Assembly (NCBI GenBank): GCA_963793105.1
Contig: CAWBZB010000003.1
Span: 74,770-138,769, forward strand
Origin: an uncultured bacterium
GTDB taxonomy: Bacteria; Actinomycetota; Actinomycetes; S36-B12
Length of the DNA stretch: 64,000 nucleotides
Reading direction: 5' to 3'
Shown: piece by piece, positions 16,820 through 27,300 of the stretch
Layout: each line of letters starts with the position of its first letter
Position numbering within the stretch: position 1 is the stretch's first letter
Notes under the pieces: generated by a model
What the model saw: the letters and a program-made list of their open reading frames with translations, nothing else
The model's database searches: none
What the model was told of the DNA's origin: nothing
Made by a program: the position numbers and the translations under genes

Positions 16820-17724
16820 ACGCGCAGGTACTTGCGCAGCGTGAAGAACGCCGCAAGGCCGGCCAGGCCCACCCCGGTGAGCAGCATGACCGGAGCGATC
16901 GCCGCGACCGCGTCCCATCCGACGAATGCGGTGAACTGGAAGGAGGGGGCCAGCACCTGGTCCACCAGGACCGACTTCATCAAGATGAGCGACCCGATCG
17001 CCAGGATCGCCCCGAGCCCGGCGGCCAGTGCCGCCTCGAGGAGGAAGGGCAGCTGGATGTAGAAGTTGGACGCCCCGACCAGGCGCATGATGCTCGTCTC
17101 CCGGCGCCTGCTGAACGCCGCCACTCGCATCGTGTTCACGATGAGCAGCACGGTGACCACCAGCATGACCAGGGCGATCAGCAAGGCGATCAGCTGAAGG
17201 CCCCCGAGTATTCGGAAGAACTTGTCGAGGATCTGCCGTTGGTCGTTGACCTGCTCGATACCCGGCCGGCCGGAGAACGCCGACGCCACCACGTCGTACT
17301 TCGTCGGATCCGACAGCTTCACGCGGAAGGACTCCGGAAGCGCGTTCTCGTTGACGTTGTCGACGATGGGCGAGTTCTTGAACTGCTCCTGGAACCGCGC
17401 GTAGGCCTCCTTCTTCGACTCGAAGTAGATGTCCTGCACGAGCGGACGCAGCGACTCCAGGTCCGTCTCGATCTGCTCGCGCTGAGCATCCGTGACCTCG
17501 CCGCCGGCGCAGGAGGGCGTGTCACTGCCCTTGCTGCAGAGGAAGATGGACACCTCGACCTTGTCGTACCAGAAGTCCTTCATGGTCGACACCTGCGCCC
17601 GGACCAGGAGGCTGGCTCCGAAGAGCCCGAGCGACACCGCCACGGTGATGATGACAGCCAGCGTCATCGTGAGGTTGCGACGCAGGCCGTTGCCGACCTC
17701 GCTGGCGACGAAAGTGGCCCTCAT
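16816..17724 (-). CDS. ftsX: cell division permease-like protein FtsX
   Basis: 302-aa ORF with a 4-TM FtsX architecture. It overlaps ftsE by 4 nt. Confidence 0.9.
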   Translation of the reverse strand: MRATFVASEVGNGLRRNLTMTLAVIITVAVSLGLFGASLLVRAQVSTMKDFWYDKVEVSIFLCSKGSDTPSCAGGEVTDAQREQIETDLESLRPLVQDIYFESKKEAYARFQEQFKNSPIVDNVNENALPESFRVKLSDPTKYDVVASAFSGRPGIEQVNDQRQILDKFFRILGGLQLIALLIALVMLVVTVLLIVNTMRVAAFSRRRETSIMRLVGASNFYIQLPFLLEAALAAGLGAILAIGSLILMKSVLVDQVLAPSFQFTAFVGWDAVAAIAPVMLLTGVGLAGLAAFFTLRKYLRV

Positions 17725-18410
17725 CGGGCGTACCCGTAGACGCCGCGCGACTGGTCACGCACCACATGCCCGGTGTCGAGCTCGACGACTCGGCGCCTCA
17801 TCTGGTCGACGATCTGGGAGTCGTGGGTCGACATCACCACGGTCGTGCCCAGCTTGTTGATCCGGTCGAGCAGCTTCATGATGCCGATGGACGTGCCCGG
17901 ATCGAGGTTGCCGGTGGGCTCGTCGGCGATGAGGAGCATGGGGCGGTTCACGAAGGCCCGGGCGATGGCCACGCGCTGCTGCTCGCCGCCGGAGAGCTCG
18001 TCGGGGCGACGGCCCTCCTTGCCCTCGAGCCCGACCACCTCGAGCACCTCGGGCACGACCTTCTTGATGTGACTCGACGGCTTGCCGATCACCTCGAGGG
18101 CGAAGGCCACGTTCTCGAACACGGTCTTGTTCGGCAGGAGGCGGAAGTCCTGGAACACCGTGCCGACCTGCCGGCGCAGTGCCGGGATCTTCCAGTTGGA
18201 GAGGCGGTTGAGCTCCTTGCCGAGCACCCAGACCTGGCCCTTGGTCGTGCGCTCCTCACGGAGGACCAGGCGCAGGAACGTGGACTTGCCCGATCCGGAG
18301 GGCCCGACGAGGAAGATGAACTCGCCCTTCTCGATCTCCAGCGATACGTCGTCGAGGGCAGGGCGCTGCTGCGTGCCGTAGACCTTGGTCACGTGGTCGA
18401 AGAGGATCAC
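17721..18410 (-). CDS. ftsE: cell division ATP-binding protein FtsE
   Basis: 229-aa ORF with Walker [10 protein letters not shown], the ABC signature LSGGEQQRV and Walker [13 protein letters not shown]. Confidence 0.95.
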   Translation of the reverse strand: MILFDHVTKVYGTQQRPALDDVSLEIEKGEFIFLVGPSGSGKSTFLRLVLREERTTKGQVWVLGKELNRLSNWKIPALRRQVGTVFQDFRLLPNKTVFENVAFALEVIGKPSSHIKKVVPEVLEVVGLEGKEGRRPDELSGGEQQRVAIARAFVNRPMLLIADEPTGNLDPGTSIGIMKLLDRINKLGTTVVMSTHDSQIVDQMRRRVVELDTGHVVRDQSRGVYGYAR

Positions 18411-18473
18411 GCCCGACAGTGTATGTCGTCGGCCCCGATGGTCCCGGCAGGCGGGATTCCGGCGGCGTCGTGC

Positions 18474-19577
18474 CTACGCAGTCTGCTTGCGCCAGCGGAT
18501 CCCGGCCTCGACGAAGGCATCGATCTCCCCGTCGAGGACCGCGGACGTGTTTCCGGTCTCCTCCTCGGTGCGCAGGTCCTTCACCATCTGGTACGGGTGG
18601 AGCACGTAGGAACGCATCTGATTGCCCCACGAACCGGCGCTGTCCCCCTTCAGCGCGTCCATCTTCGCCTGCTCCTCCTGCCGACGCCGCTCGAGCAGCT
18701 TGGACTGCAGGACGGCCATCGCGGAGGCCCGGTTCTGGAGCTGGGACCGCTCGTTCTGGCAGGAGACGACGATGCCGGTGGGCAGATGGGTGATCCGCAC
18801 GGCGGAGTCGGTGGTGTTGACCCCCTGACCGCCCGGACCGGACGACCGGTAGACGTCGACCCGCATCTCGTCCTCGGGAACGTCGATGTGGTCGGTCTGC
18901 TCGACCACCGGGATGACCTCGACCTCGGCGAACGACGTCTGCCGGCGGCCCTGGTTGTCGAAGGGCGAGATGCGCACGAGCCGATGCGTGCCCTGCTCGA
19001 CGGAGAGCGTCCCGTAGGCGTACGGCACCTTGACATGGAAGGTGGCCGACTTGATCCCGGCCTCCTCCGCGTAGGACGTCTCGTTGACCTCGAACGGCCA
19101 GTTGTGCCGTTCGCAGTAGCGCGTGTACATCCGCAGCAGCATCTCGGCCCAGTCGGCGGCGTCGACGCCGCCGGCGCCCGCACGGATGGACACGAATGCC
19201 TCGCGGGCGTCGTACTCACCGGACAGCAGGGTGCGGACCTCGAGCTCGGCCACCGCGGCCTCGACCGCCGCCAGCTCCTTCTCCGCCTCGGCGAGAGCGG
19301 CCTCGTCATTCTCGCCCTCGGCCAGCTCGAACAGGATCGGCAGGTCGTCGAGCCGGCTGCGCAGGGCCTCGAACTTGCGGATCTCACCCTGCACGAAGGA
19401 CAGCCGCGAGGTCACCTGCTGGGCGCGCTCCTGGTCGTCCCACAGGTTCGGGACACTCGCCTGGGCCTCGAGGTCGGTGACCTGCTCCTTCATCGATGGG
19501 ATGTCGAGGACGGTCTCGATGCTCCCCAGAGTCGTCTCGAGGGCGGACAGTCGTTCGGAGAGCTCAATGGCGGCCAT
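18474..19577 (-). CDS. prfB: peptide chain release factor 2
   Basis: 367-aa uninterrupted ORF with SPF (RISPFDNQ) and GGQ (SGPGGQGVN) motifs. No internal programmed +1 frameshift site is needed. Confidence 0.95.
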   Translation of the reverse strand: MAAIELSERLSALETTLGSIETVLDIPSMKEQVTDLEAQASVPNLWDDQERAQQVTSRLSFVQGEIRKFEALRSRLDDLPILFELAEGENDEAALAEAEKELAAVEAAVAELEVRTLLSGEYDAREAFVSIRAGAGGVDAADWAEMLLRMYTRYCERHNWPFEVNETSYAEEAGIKSATFHVKVPYAYGTLSVEQGTHRLVRISPFDNQGRRQTSFAEVEVIPVVEQTDHIDVPEDEMRVDVYRSSGPGGQGVNTTDSAVRITHLPTGIVVSCQNERSQLQNRASAMAVLQSKLLERRRQEEQAKMDALKGDSAGSWGNQMRSYVLHPYQMVKDLRTEEETGNTSAVLDGEIDAFVEAGIRWRKQTA

Positions 19578-19604
19578 GGTGGGTCAAGGGTACGGGCCGC
19601 GAAC

Positions 19605-20054
19605 TCAGGGGCCGTCCCGGTAGGCGAGTTGGGCTCGCGACTCGACCACGACGCGTCCGCCCAGGAGCTCTGACCAGAAGGGCACCCGCAGCGGGGCGCT
19701 CAGCACGACGACGACCTCGAGGCCGTCGGAGTCCACGCGATCCAGCGTCATCCCCTCCATCGACGATGCTCGCGAGCGGGTCAGGTGGGCACGGACGAGC
19801 CGCGGCACGTCCGCCGGGTCGAGCCGGGTCGCCCCCGACGCTCCTTCGCGGTAGTAGGCGGGCAGATCGATGCCCTGGGCACCGGCCAGGGCAGAGGCGT
19901 CAGCGAGGGCGTGCAGGTGCATGCGCTCGAGGAAGGCGGCCGAGGCATCGACGAGGACGACGACGGCCAGCAGGCACACGGCGACGAGGCCGACGCCGAG
20001 GATGAGCACGCTGCCCGCGTCCGTCCGGCCGCGCCGATGGCGACCGCGGATCAT
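19605..20054 (-). CDS. TadE/TadG-like pseudopilin-type protein (Rv3654c/55c-neighbourhood type)
   Basis: 149-aa ORF with an N-terminal basic stretch plus a hydrophobic helix (GSVLILGVGLVAVCLLAVVVLV) and an ADASALAGAQ motif. Last gene of the Tad block, overlapping the previous gene by 4 nt. Confidence 0.6.
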   Translation of the reverse strand: MIRGRHRRGRTDAGSVLILGVGLVAVCLLAVVVLVDASAAFLERMHLHALADASALAGAQGIDLPAYYREGASGATRLDPADVPRLVRAHLTRSRASSMEGMTLDRVDSDGLEVVVVLSAPLRVPFWSELLGGRVVVESRAQLAYRDGP

Positions 20055-20536
20055 CGGGCGACCTCACCCGGCTCGGCCACGGGGCTGCCGCGGTAGTCAT
20101 CCACCGGGGCACGATGCGTCGCCGTGATCGGGACGCTGACGGGCGCGTCGCCGGACAGCGACGACGGCAGCCAGGGCAGGGGGACCGACCACGCGAGGGT
20201 GACGTCGACGACCGAACCCGGCGTGAGGCACGGGCCGTCGGGACACGCGAGCCGCAGGGATCGGGGCGGCACCTGCAGACCGTGGTCGGCAAAGGCGAGT
20301 GCGGCCGCCGCGGCCGCGTGGGCCCGGCCGATCTGCGCGGTCGGAGCCGAACCGAATGCCCGACCTGCCTCGCGGACGGCCTGGGCGCTGGCGAACGCCG
20401 CCGACTGGACCGTCGCGACGCACAAGGCCAGGTACAGCAACGGGACCAGCACGCCGACGCCGATGACGATGAACTCCAGGATCGCGGCGCCCGCCTCGCC
20501 CGACGGTCGACCGCATGCCGCGCGCCTGCGCCTCAC
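20051..20536 (-). CDS. TadE-like protein
   Basis: 161-aa ORF with a TadE N-terminal motif (GAAILEFIVIGVGVLVPLLYL). 4-nt overlaps on both sides. Confidence 0.65.
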   Translation of the reverse strand: MRRRRAACGRPSGEAGAAILEFIVIGVGVLVPLLYLALCVATVQSAAFASAQAVREAGRAFGSAPTAQIGRAHAAAAAALAFADHGLQVPPRSLRLACPDGPCLTPGSVVDVTLAWSVPLPWLPSSLSGDAPVSVPITATHRAPVDDYRGSPVAEPGEVAR

Positions 20537-20970
20537 GAAGGACCCTCCTGCAGCGCATGCCCGGTGACCGACAACACGGAAGGACCGAGGAGTCCGATCA
20601 GGGGCAGGTCCGCCTCGATGCTCACCTCCATGACCGCGCGGCCGCCGATGACCATTCGTCGGGAGGTCACGTCGCGCACCACCGAGCCGGCGACGTTCTG
20701 CGTGAGCACGTGGCGAGCCCTGCGGACTCCGGCCCCCGGGTCCGCCCCCGCCAGCGCCGCCGCCCGGGCGCCCTCCCCCGCAGCCGACGTCAAGGTCGAT
20801 CGGACGTGGAGCGCCAGGGAGAACTGCACCACGGCCAGGGCCACGGCCATGACCAGCGGCACAACCAGAGCGAACTCGACGACCGCGCTCCCGCAGTCCG
20901 CACCCCGCATCGCGCGACGCATCCGGCCACGCATCCGGCGACGATTCCCAGCGCAGCGGCGGGTGGTCAC
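20533..20970 (-). CDS. TadE-like protein
   Basis: 145-aa ORF with a TadE N-terminal motif (GSAVVEFALVVPLVMAVALAVVQF). Confidence 0.65.
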   Translation of the reverse strand: MTTRRCAGNRRRMRGRMRRAMRGADCGSAVVEFALVVPLVMAVALAVVQFSLALHVRSTLTSAAGEGARAAALAGADPGAGVRRARHVLTQNVAGSVVRDVTSRRMVIGGRAVMEVSIEADLPLIGLLGPSVLSVTGHALQEGPS

Positions 20971-21209
20971 TAGGGCTGCGAGACCGAGCTGATGGCCCGG
21001 CCCAGCACGGCGGTCAGCTGGTCGTCGGCCACGAGCCAGATCGCGGTGACCAGCCCGGCGGTCATCACGGCCACGAGGACCCAGCCGGGCACGTCGCCTC
21101 GATCATCGGCGAAGTGTCGGTGGTGGGCGACGGCGTGCCACGCGCGCGTGGCCGTCCGGCGGAACCACGCTCGCCGGACTCGATCCAGATGACGCTGCGG
21201 TGCGTGCAT
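20970..21209 (-). CDS. small Flp/DUF4244-like pilin candidate
   Basis: ATG at 21209 with an AGGAAGG RBS, inside the spurious 339-aa ORF 20970..21989. The 79-aa product ends ...DDRGDVPGWVLVAVMTAGLVTAIWLVADDQLTAVLGRAISSVSQP. Its position between tadC and the tadE genes matches flp. Confidence 0.5.
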   Translation of the reverse strand: MHAPQRHLDRVRRAWFRRTATRAWHAVAHHRHFADDRGDVPGWVLVAVMTAGLVTAIWLVADDQLTAVLGRAISSVSQP

Positions 21210-21262
21210 GGACGACCTTCCTTTCGGTGGGCCGACGGTGGACCCGGCGGCCGGTGGGGGCG

Positions 21263-22165
21263 CTAGGGGACGACTACTCGCAGTGCTTGGATGCCCGGGT
21301 AGATCGCGATGAGGACCACGCTGGGAAGGACCAGGAAGACGATCGGGACGAGCATGAGGACGTCCTTGCGCCCGGCCAGTTCCAGCAGCCGCCGACGATC
21401 GGACGCCCGCGCGTCGGCGGCCTGGGCGCGCAACACCTCGGCCAGTGGCGTGCCCCGCTCGAGTGCCACCCGGACGCTCTCGGACAGGCGCTGGACGGAT
21501 GGGACCGCGGTACGCACCGCCAGGGCCAGCAGTGCCTCGTCGACGCTGCGACCGCTGCGCACCTCGTTGACCGCGAGGGTCACCTCCTCGCCGAGCGGAC
21601 CGCCCATCGTGGCGGCCGCGGTCTCCAGTGCCGGGACCGGAGACGCGCCCGCGGCCACGGCCAACGCCAGGAGCTCGGCCAGGGCGGGGAGCTGTGACTC
21701 CAGCACGCGCTGGCGCGTGCGCACGGCCCGCCGCAATGCCGCATCGCATCCGGACCACCCCGCCACGGCGCCACAGCCGACCAGGAGCGCGAGGCCGACC
21801 GGGGAGGGGCCGCCCACCCGCAGTGTCAGTCCGAGGACCAATCCGCCCACCGCGCCCAGCGCCGACCAGACCAGCCGCTCGAGCCGATAGTCGGCCGCAG
21901 CCATCGCGCGACCCGCCCTGTGCAGGCGACGGGCCAGATCGCGGTCGGTCGCGCCATCGACGGCGGAACGGGAGCGCAGGAGCTCCCACGCCAGCAGTGG
22001 CGCCTCGGACAGCCCCCCGCGCGCGCGGCCGGTGGTCGGGACTCCCACGAACGGACCGATGCGATCCGCCACTCGTGGGGCACGGCGCGCCCCCGCCCAG
22101 CCCAGCACGAGCAGGACACCGGCCCCGCCGAGCAGCCCCGCCATCGCGCCGGCGGGCGAGGCCAT
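21263..22165 (-). CDS. tadC: type II secretion system F-family protein TadC
   Basis: The ATG at 22165 forms an ATGA overlap with the tadB stop. The 300-aa product has the GspF/TadC repeat (SQLPALAELLALAVAAGASP...). The longer ORF to 22330 overlaps tadB. Confidence 0.75.
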   Translation of the reverse strand: MASPAGAMAGLLGGAGVLLVLGWAGARRAPRVADRIGPFVGVPTTGRARGGLSEAPLLAWELLRSRSAVDGATDRDLARRLHRAGRAMAAADYRLERLVWSALGAVGGLVLGLTLRVGGPSPVGLALLVGCGAVAGWSGCDAALRRAVRTRQRVLESQLPALAELLALAVAAGASPVPALETAAATMGGPLGEEVTLAVNEVRSGRSVDEALLALAVRTAVPSVQRLSESVRVALERGTPLAEVLRAQAADARASDRRRLLELAGRKDVLMLVPIVFLVLPSVVLIAIYPGIQALRVVVP

Positions 22166-23049
22166 CACGCCGGCGTCCGCTCGTCCAGCGGCAGCCTGCC
22201 GATCCGCATCATCAGCGCGTAGGCCAGGACGGACATCGCAGCTGCGGCCACGAGGACCCCCGCACCGGCGACTGAAGCAAACGCCCGCACCGCCTCCGGA
22301 CGTGTGCACAGCAGTGCCAGGGTGAGCCACGGCGCGGCGACCGCCATCCGCGCAGCCGCGATCGTCCAGCTCTGCCTGGCCTCGATCTCCCCTCGGATAC
22401 GGGCCTCGTCCCTGAGCATGGCCGCGAGCGTGCGCAGGACGGTGCCCACTTCCGTGCCTCCGAACTGGGTCGTCATGCGCACGGCAGCGACAACGCGATC
22501 GGCCACCGGGTCGGCCAGCCGGTCCTCGAGGAACCCGAGAGCACCTGCCAGGGATCCTGTCGCCCGGTACTCGACGCTGAAGTCGGTGAAGGCGCCCCGC
22601 AAGGGAAGGGGTCCGGACCGGCCGAGGTCTGCGAGCGCGTCGGGCAGGGACATGCCCGCCCTGACGGCCGACACGAGCGAGTCCACGGCGTCCGGCCAGG
22701 CCGCACGCAGGGCACGTCGCCTAGCGGCGACTCGACGGCGAAGCAGGATCAGGGGCGCGAACCCGGCTGCGAGTGCCGCGAGGGCGCCGGCCACCGGCAC
22801 TCCCGTCACCACGAGGGCGGCCAGCGCGGCGGCCAGGCTCGCCACGAGGCAGGTAGCCACCAGTCCGAACGCCGAGGCGCGCGGCAGATCGGCCGACCTG
22901 AGCAGGTGCGTCACCGAGGCGGTCGCACGAACTCGGCGCGGTCGGGGCCGCAGCACAGACATCACGATGAGGAGGAGGCCGCACGCCACGAGCAGGCCCA
23001 GCACTCCCCCGAGGACGAGTCGGGTGCTCATGGTCGGCCCGCTTCGCAC
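22165..23049 (-). CDS. tadB: type II secretion system F-family protein TadB
   Basis: 294-aa ORF with N- and C-terminal TM segments and a GspF-like core (AWPDAVDSLVSAVRAGMSLPDAL). Confidence 0.75.
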   Translation of the reverse strand: MRSGPTMSTRLVLGGVLGLLVACGLLLIVMSVLRPRPRRVRATASVTHLLRSADLPRASAFGLVATCLVASLAAALAALVVTGVPVAGALAALAAGFAPLILLRRRVAARRRALRAAWPDAVDSLVSAVRAGMSLPDALADLGRSGPLPLRGAFTDFSVEYRATGSLAGALGFLEDRLADPVADRVVAAVRMTTQFGGTEVGTVLRTLAAMLRDEARIRGEIEARQSWTIAAARMAVAAPWLTLALLCTRPEAVRAFASVAGAGVLVAAAAMSVLAYALMMRIGRLPLDERTPA

Positions 23050-24273
23050 CAGCGGTCGCCCAGCAGTCGGTCGAGATCGAACCCATGACTCCGGAAGCGC
23101 GCCTCATGCGGGGGGAACCCGCCCAGCCGGGCCAGCGCATCGCCGCGGTCACCGAAGATGTCAGCCATCTCCACCGTGCCGGACTCCACGCGTCCGGACA
23201 CCGCGGCGATCTCGCGCACCGAGCGTCCGCCCGAGGGATCCGAGGCGAGATGCACGACGAGATCGACGCAGCCCGCCACGGTCGGCACGACGAAGTCCGC
23301 CGAGATGTTCTGCCCGGCGAGCAGCGGCAGCGTGCACAGCTTCGTGACCGCCTCCCGTGCGCTGTTGGCATGGATGGTGGCCAGCGACGGCATCCCGCTG
23401 TTCATCGCGACGAGCAGGTCAAGCGCCTCGGCCTGCCGCACCTCGCCGACCACGAGCCGCGTGGGGCGCATCCGAAGCGCCTCGCGGATCAGTCGGCGCA
23501 GCGGGACCTCGCCCGTGCCCTCCAGGCTCGGGCTGCGCGTCTGGAGCCCGACGACGTCGGGATGCGCCAGCCGGATCTCAAACACCTCCTCGCACGTGAT
23601 CACGCGCTCGGTCGACGGGACGCACCCCAGCAGGGCGTTCAGGAAGGTGGTCTTGCCCGACTGGGTGCCGCCCGCGACCACGATGTTGAGGCCTGAGACC
23701 ACCGCAGCCTCGAGGAAGCCGGCCGCCTGCCGTGACAGCATGCCGAGACCCACGAGGTCCTCGACCGACCGCGCCCGGACCACGAAGCGCCGGATGTTGA
23801 CGGCCCAGTGCTCGCGGGTGATGTCGGGGATCGCGACGTGCAGGCGACTGCCGTCCGGCAAGGCTGCGTCGACGAAGGGACTGCTCAGATCGAGCCGACG
23901 TCCCGAGAGCCGGAGCATCCGCTCCACCACATCGCGAACGCCCGCCTCGTCGAGAACCACCGTCGTGAGCTCGCTGCGGCCGTTCCTGGCGACGAACACC
24001 CGTCCGGGGGCGTTGATCCAGATCTCCTCGACGTCCGGATCCTCGAAGAACGGCTGGAGCACGCCGTACCCGGCCACCGAATGGAAGGTGGAGCGGGCAA
24101 GCTCGCCGAGGATCACCCGCCATCCCGCCTTCGGACGACAGCCATCCGTCGACCACGTCCGCGACGGCCTCGTCCACGAGGGCCCGCACGGCCTCCGGAT
24201 CCCGCATCGGATCGATGCCGCGCGCCCGGACGGCATCGCGCACCCGCTCCTCGACGACCGCGACCGCATCCAC
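23028..24273 (-). pseudogene. tadA: TadA/CpaF-family secretion ATPase with an apparent +1 frame disruption near 24100-24120 (intact 362-aa ORF from GTG 24116)
   Basis: The body of ORF 23028..24380 has Walker A GGTQSGKTTFLNAL and the AGYGVLQPFFEDPDVEEIWINAPG motif. The expected N-terminal about 55 aa (VDAVAVVEERVRDAVRARGIDPMRDPEAVRALVDEAVADVVDGWLSSEGGMAG, high GC3) is read in the other frame (ORF 23578..24441, GTG 24273). Confidence 0.7.
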
Positions 24274-24395
24274 GGCTGGGACGCTACGTTCACGACCCCC
24301 GTCACCGCCATGGTCGATGTGCGGCCTGTGGACAACCCGCGACGAGCGTCCGCCGATCCCCTGCTGGAGCATCTCGGCATGGCTATGGTTCAGCA

Positions 24396-27300
24396 ATGGC
24401 CGCGGCGGACGAGATGACATGCCAGTCGTGCGGTCAGGCACTGGCGGCCGGTGCCCGGTTCTGCGAGTCCTGCGGCGTCCCCGACCGCACCCCGTGCCTG
24501 CACCTCGTGCGGCGAGGCGCTGAGTCCGCAGGCGCGGTTCTGCCCGTCATGCGGCGCGCCCGTCGGCCCATCCGACGCCCCGGCGCGGGAGAATCCCGGC
24601 ACCCCGACTGCTGAACGCCGCATCACCTCCGTCCTGTTCGGTGACCTGGTCGGGTTCACCCCGCTGTCGGAGAGCCGAGACGCGGAGGACGTACGAGAGC
24701 TCCTCTCCCGCTACTTCGCGGAGTGCCGCACGATCATTGCCCGCTACGGGGGCACCGTCGAGAAGTTCATCGGCGACGCGGTCATGGCGGTGTGGGGCGT
24801 CCCGATCGCCCACGAGGACGACGCCGAACGAGCCGTGCGCGCGGGCCTCGAGCTCGTGCAGGCCATCGCCGCCATGGGCGAGGACATCGACGTGCCCGGC
24901 CTGGCCATGCGGGTCGGCGTCGTGACCGGGGAGGTGGCCGTCACCGTGGGCGCCACCGCCGAGGGCATGGTCGCCGGGGACGCCGTCAACACGGCCGCGC
25001 GGGTCCAATCGACTGCTGCACCCGGACAGGTGTGGGTCGACGACAGCACCCGCTCCCTGACCATGGTCGCGATCTCGTACGGGGACGAGGGCAGCCACGA
25101 GCTCAAGGGCAAGGCCGAGCCCATGCACCTGTGGCGCGCGCGGGTCGTGATCGCCGAGGTCGGCGGTGGCCAGCGCGTCGACGGTCTCGAGGCGCCGCTC
25201 ACCGGCAGGGATCGCGACCTGCGGCTGCTCAAGGAGCTGTTCCACGCCACTGAGGACAGCGGCCAACCGCGCCTCCTGGTCCTCGACGGGGAGCCGGGCA
25301 TCGGCAAGTCCCGCCTCGCCTGGGAGTTCGAGAAGTACATCGACGGGCTCACGGCGAATGTCTGGTGGCACCGCGGAAGGTGCCTGTCGTACGGCGACGG
25401 CGCGGCGTTCTGGGCGCTCTCGGAGGCGGTGCGCGGGCGGCTGGGTCTCGTGGAATCGGACACCGGCGCTGTTGTCGGCGAGCGGCTCGAGGCGTGGCTG
25501 GCGGACTGTGTCGGCGACGAGGGCGAGCGGGACTGGCTGCGGCCGCGCGTGTCCGCGCTCCTGGGCGAGACGTCCGCAGCGACCTTCACTCGCGAGGACC
25601 TGTTCTCCGCCTGGACGACCTTCTTCGACCGGGTCGGCTGCGGGGACCCCGTCGTCCTGGTCATCGACGACGCCCAGTACGCGGACGACGCGCTGCTCGA
25701 CTTCGTCGACCACCTGCTCGGCACCGCGCGCTTCGGCATCTTCGTCCTGGCCATCGCCCGCCCCGAGCTGCTGGACCGGCGGCCCGGTCTCGGCGGTCGG
25801 CGCACATCGGTGATCCGCCTGAACTCCCTCGACGACGCGTCGATGTCCATCCTCGTCGACGGACTCGTGAAGGGCCTGACACCGGAGGCTCGGGACATGC
25901 TCGTCGCGCGAGCCGAGGGCATCCCGCTCTTCGCAGTGGAGACTGTGCGGGCGCTTATCGATCGCGATGCGGTCCTGCCGCGCGACGGGCGGTACGTCGC
26001 CGCGGACGGCGTCGACGCGAGCCTCGACTCGCTCGGCGCGCCGGCCTCGCTCCAGGCGCTGGTGGCGGCGCGGCTCGATGCGCTCACCCCGATGGAGCGA
26101 CGCGTGGTCGCCGACGCGAGCGTGCTGGGCCACTCGTTCACTCGCGACGGCCTCGTCGCCATCGATGCCGACCTCGAGAGCATCGACGATGCCCTGGGCT
26201 CGTTGCAGCGGCGTGAGATCTTCGGGGTCGTTCAGGATCGGCGGTCCGCCGAGCGCGGGCAGTTCACCTTCGTGCAGGGCGTCGTCCGCCAGGTCGCGTA
26301 CGCCACTCAGTCCAAGCGCGATCGCAAGGCACGCCATCTCGCGGCCGCCGCGTACCTCGAGGGACTTGTCGCCGAGAACGAGGACCTGTCGATCGTGGTG
26401 GCCCAGCACCTGCTCGACGCCGTGGATGCCACGTCGCCGGGCGACGACGACGCCGAGGAACTGACCACCCGGGCGTGTGCGCACCTGGAGCGAGCGGCAC
26501 AGCGAGCGGCCGCGCTGGCCGCGCCTCTGGAGGCGGTGCGCCTCTACCGCGCTGCGCTGGAGCGGGCCGATTCCCAGACGGATACGCGGCCGGCTCAACC
26601 TGGCTGCGGCACGGGCCGCGCTGCACGGGGGCGACTACTCCGGAGCCGTGGACCATGCCGCGCGGGCGGCAGAGGCCTTCGACCTGATGGACGACCCGGT
26701 CGAGGCGGGCAGTCGCCGTCGGGCTCCAGGCTGCGAACCTGATCTTCCTGGGCAAGTCAGCCGAGGCCCTCGCCCTCGTACGACCGCGCTGGGATGCCCT
26801 ACTGCTACGGCCAGGCAGCGACAGAGCCCTGCTGGAACTTGCCTACCCGATGGCGAACGGGCTGTTCGACATAGGAGAGACGGACGAGGCCTATCGCTTC
26901 GCCGAGCGGCGCCTGCTGCTGGCCGAGGCGGTCGGTGACCTGGAAGCAGTCGCCATGGCCTTGATGATGTTGGGGATTCGATATGGGAACGCCGGCGCGC
27001 CGATCACGTCCCGGGGCCTCACCACGCTGGCCGCGCAGATCGCGAGGGAGAACGACCTCAGCGTCCCGCTCGCCGAGGCCTTGAACAACCTGGCATCGAT
27101 GCTCACCAGCCGCGACCTGCCCGCCGCGATCGAGGTCGCCCAGGAGGGGCTCGAGGTGGCCCGGCGGGCGTCAACCGCCGGCCACGTCGACTACACGACG
27201 TTGAACTACCTGCTGGCGCTGTGGAGTGCCGGTCGACTGGCAGAGTTGCAGACCGGCCTCGATGACGCGAAGGACTCGATGACGCTGCCGTCGCTCGCCG

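Noticed and set aside
18474-19577. Programmed +1 frameshift site in prfB
   Set aside because: The RF2 ORF is uninterrupted from ATG to stop (367 aa, SPF and GGQ present). The autoregulatory frameshift known from E. coli is simply absent here.
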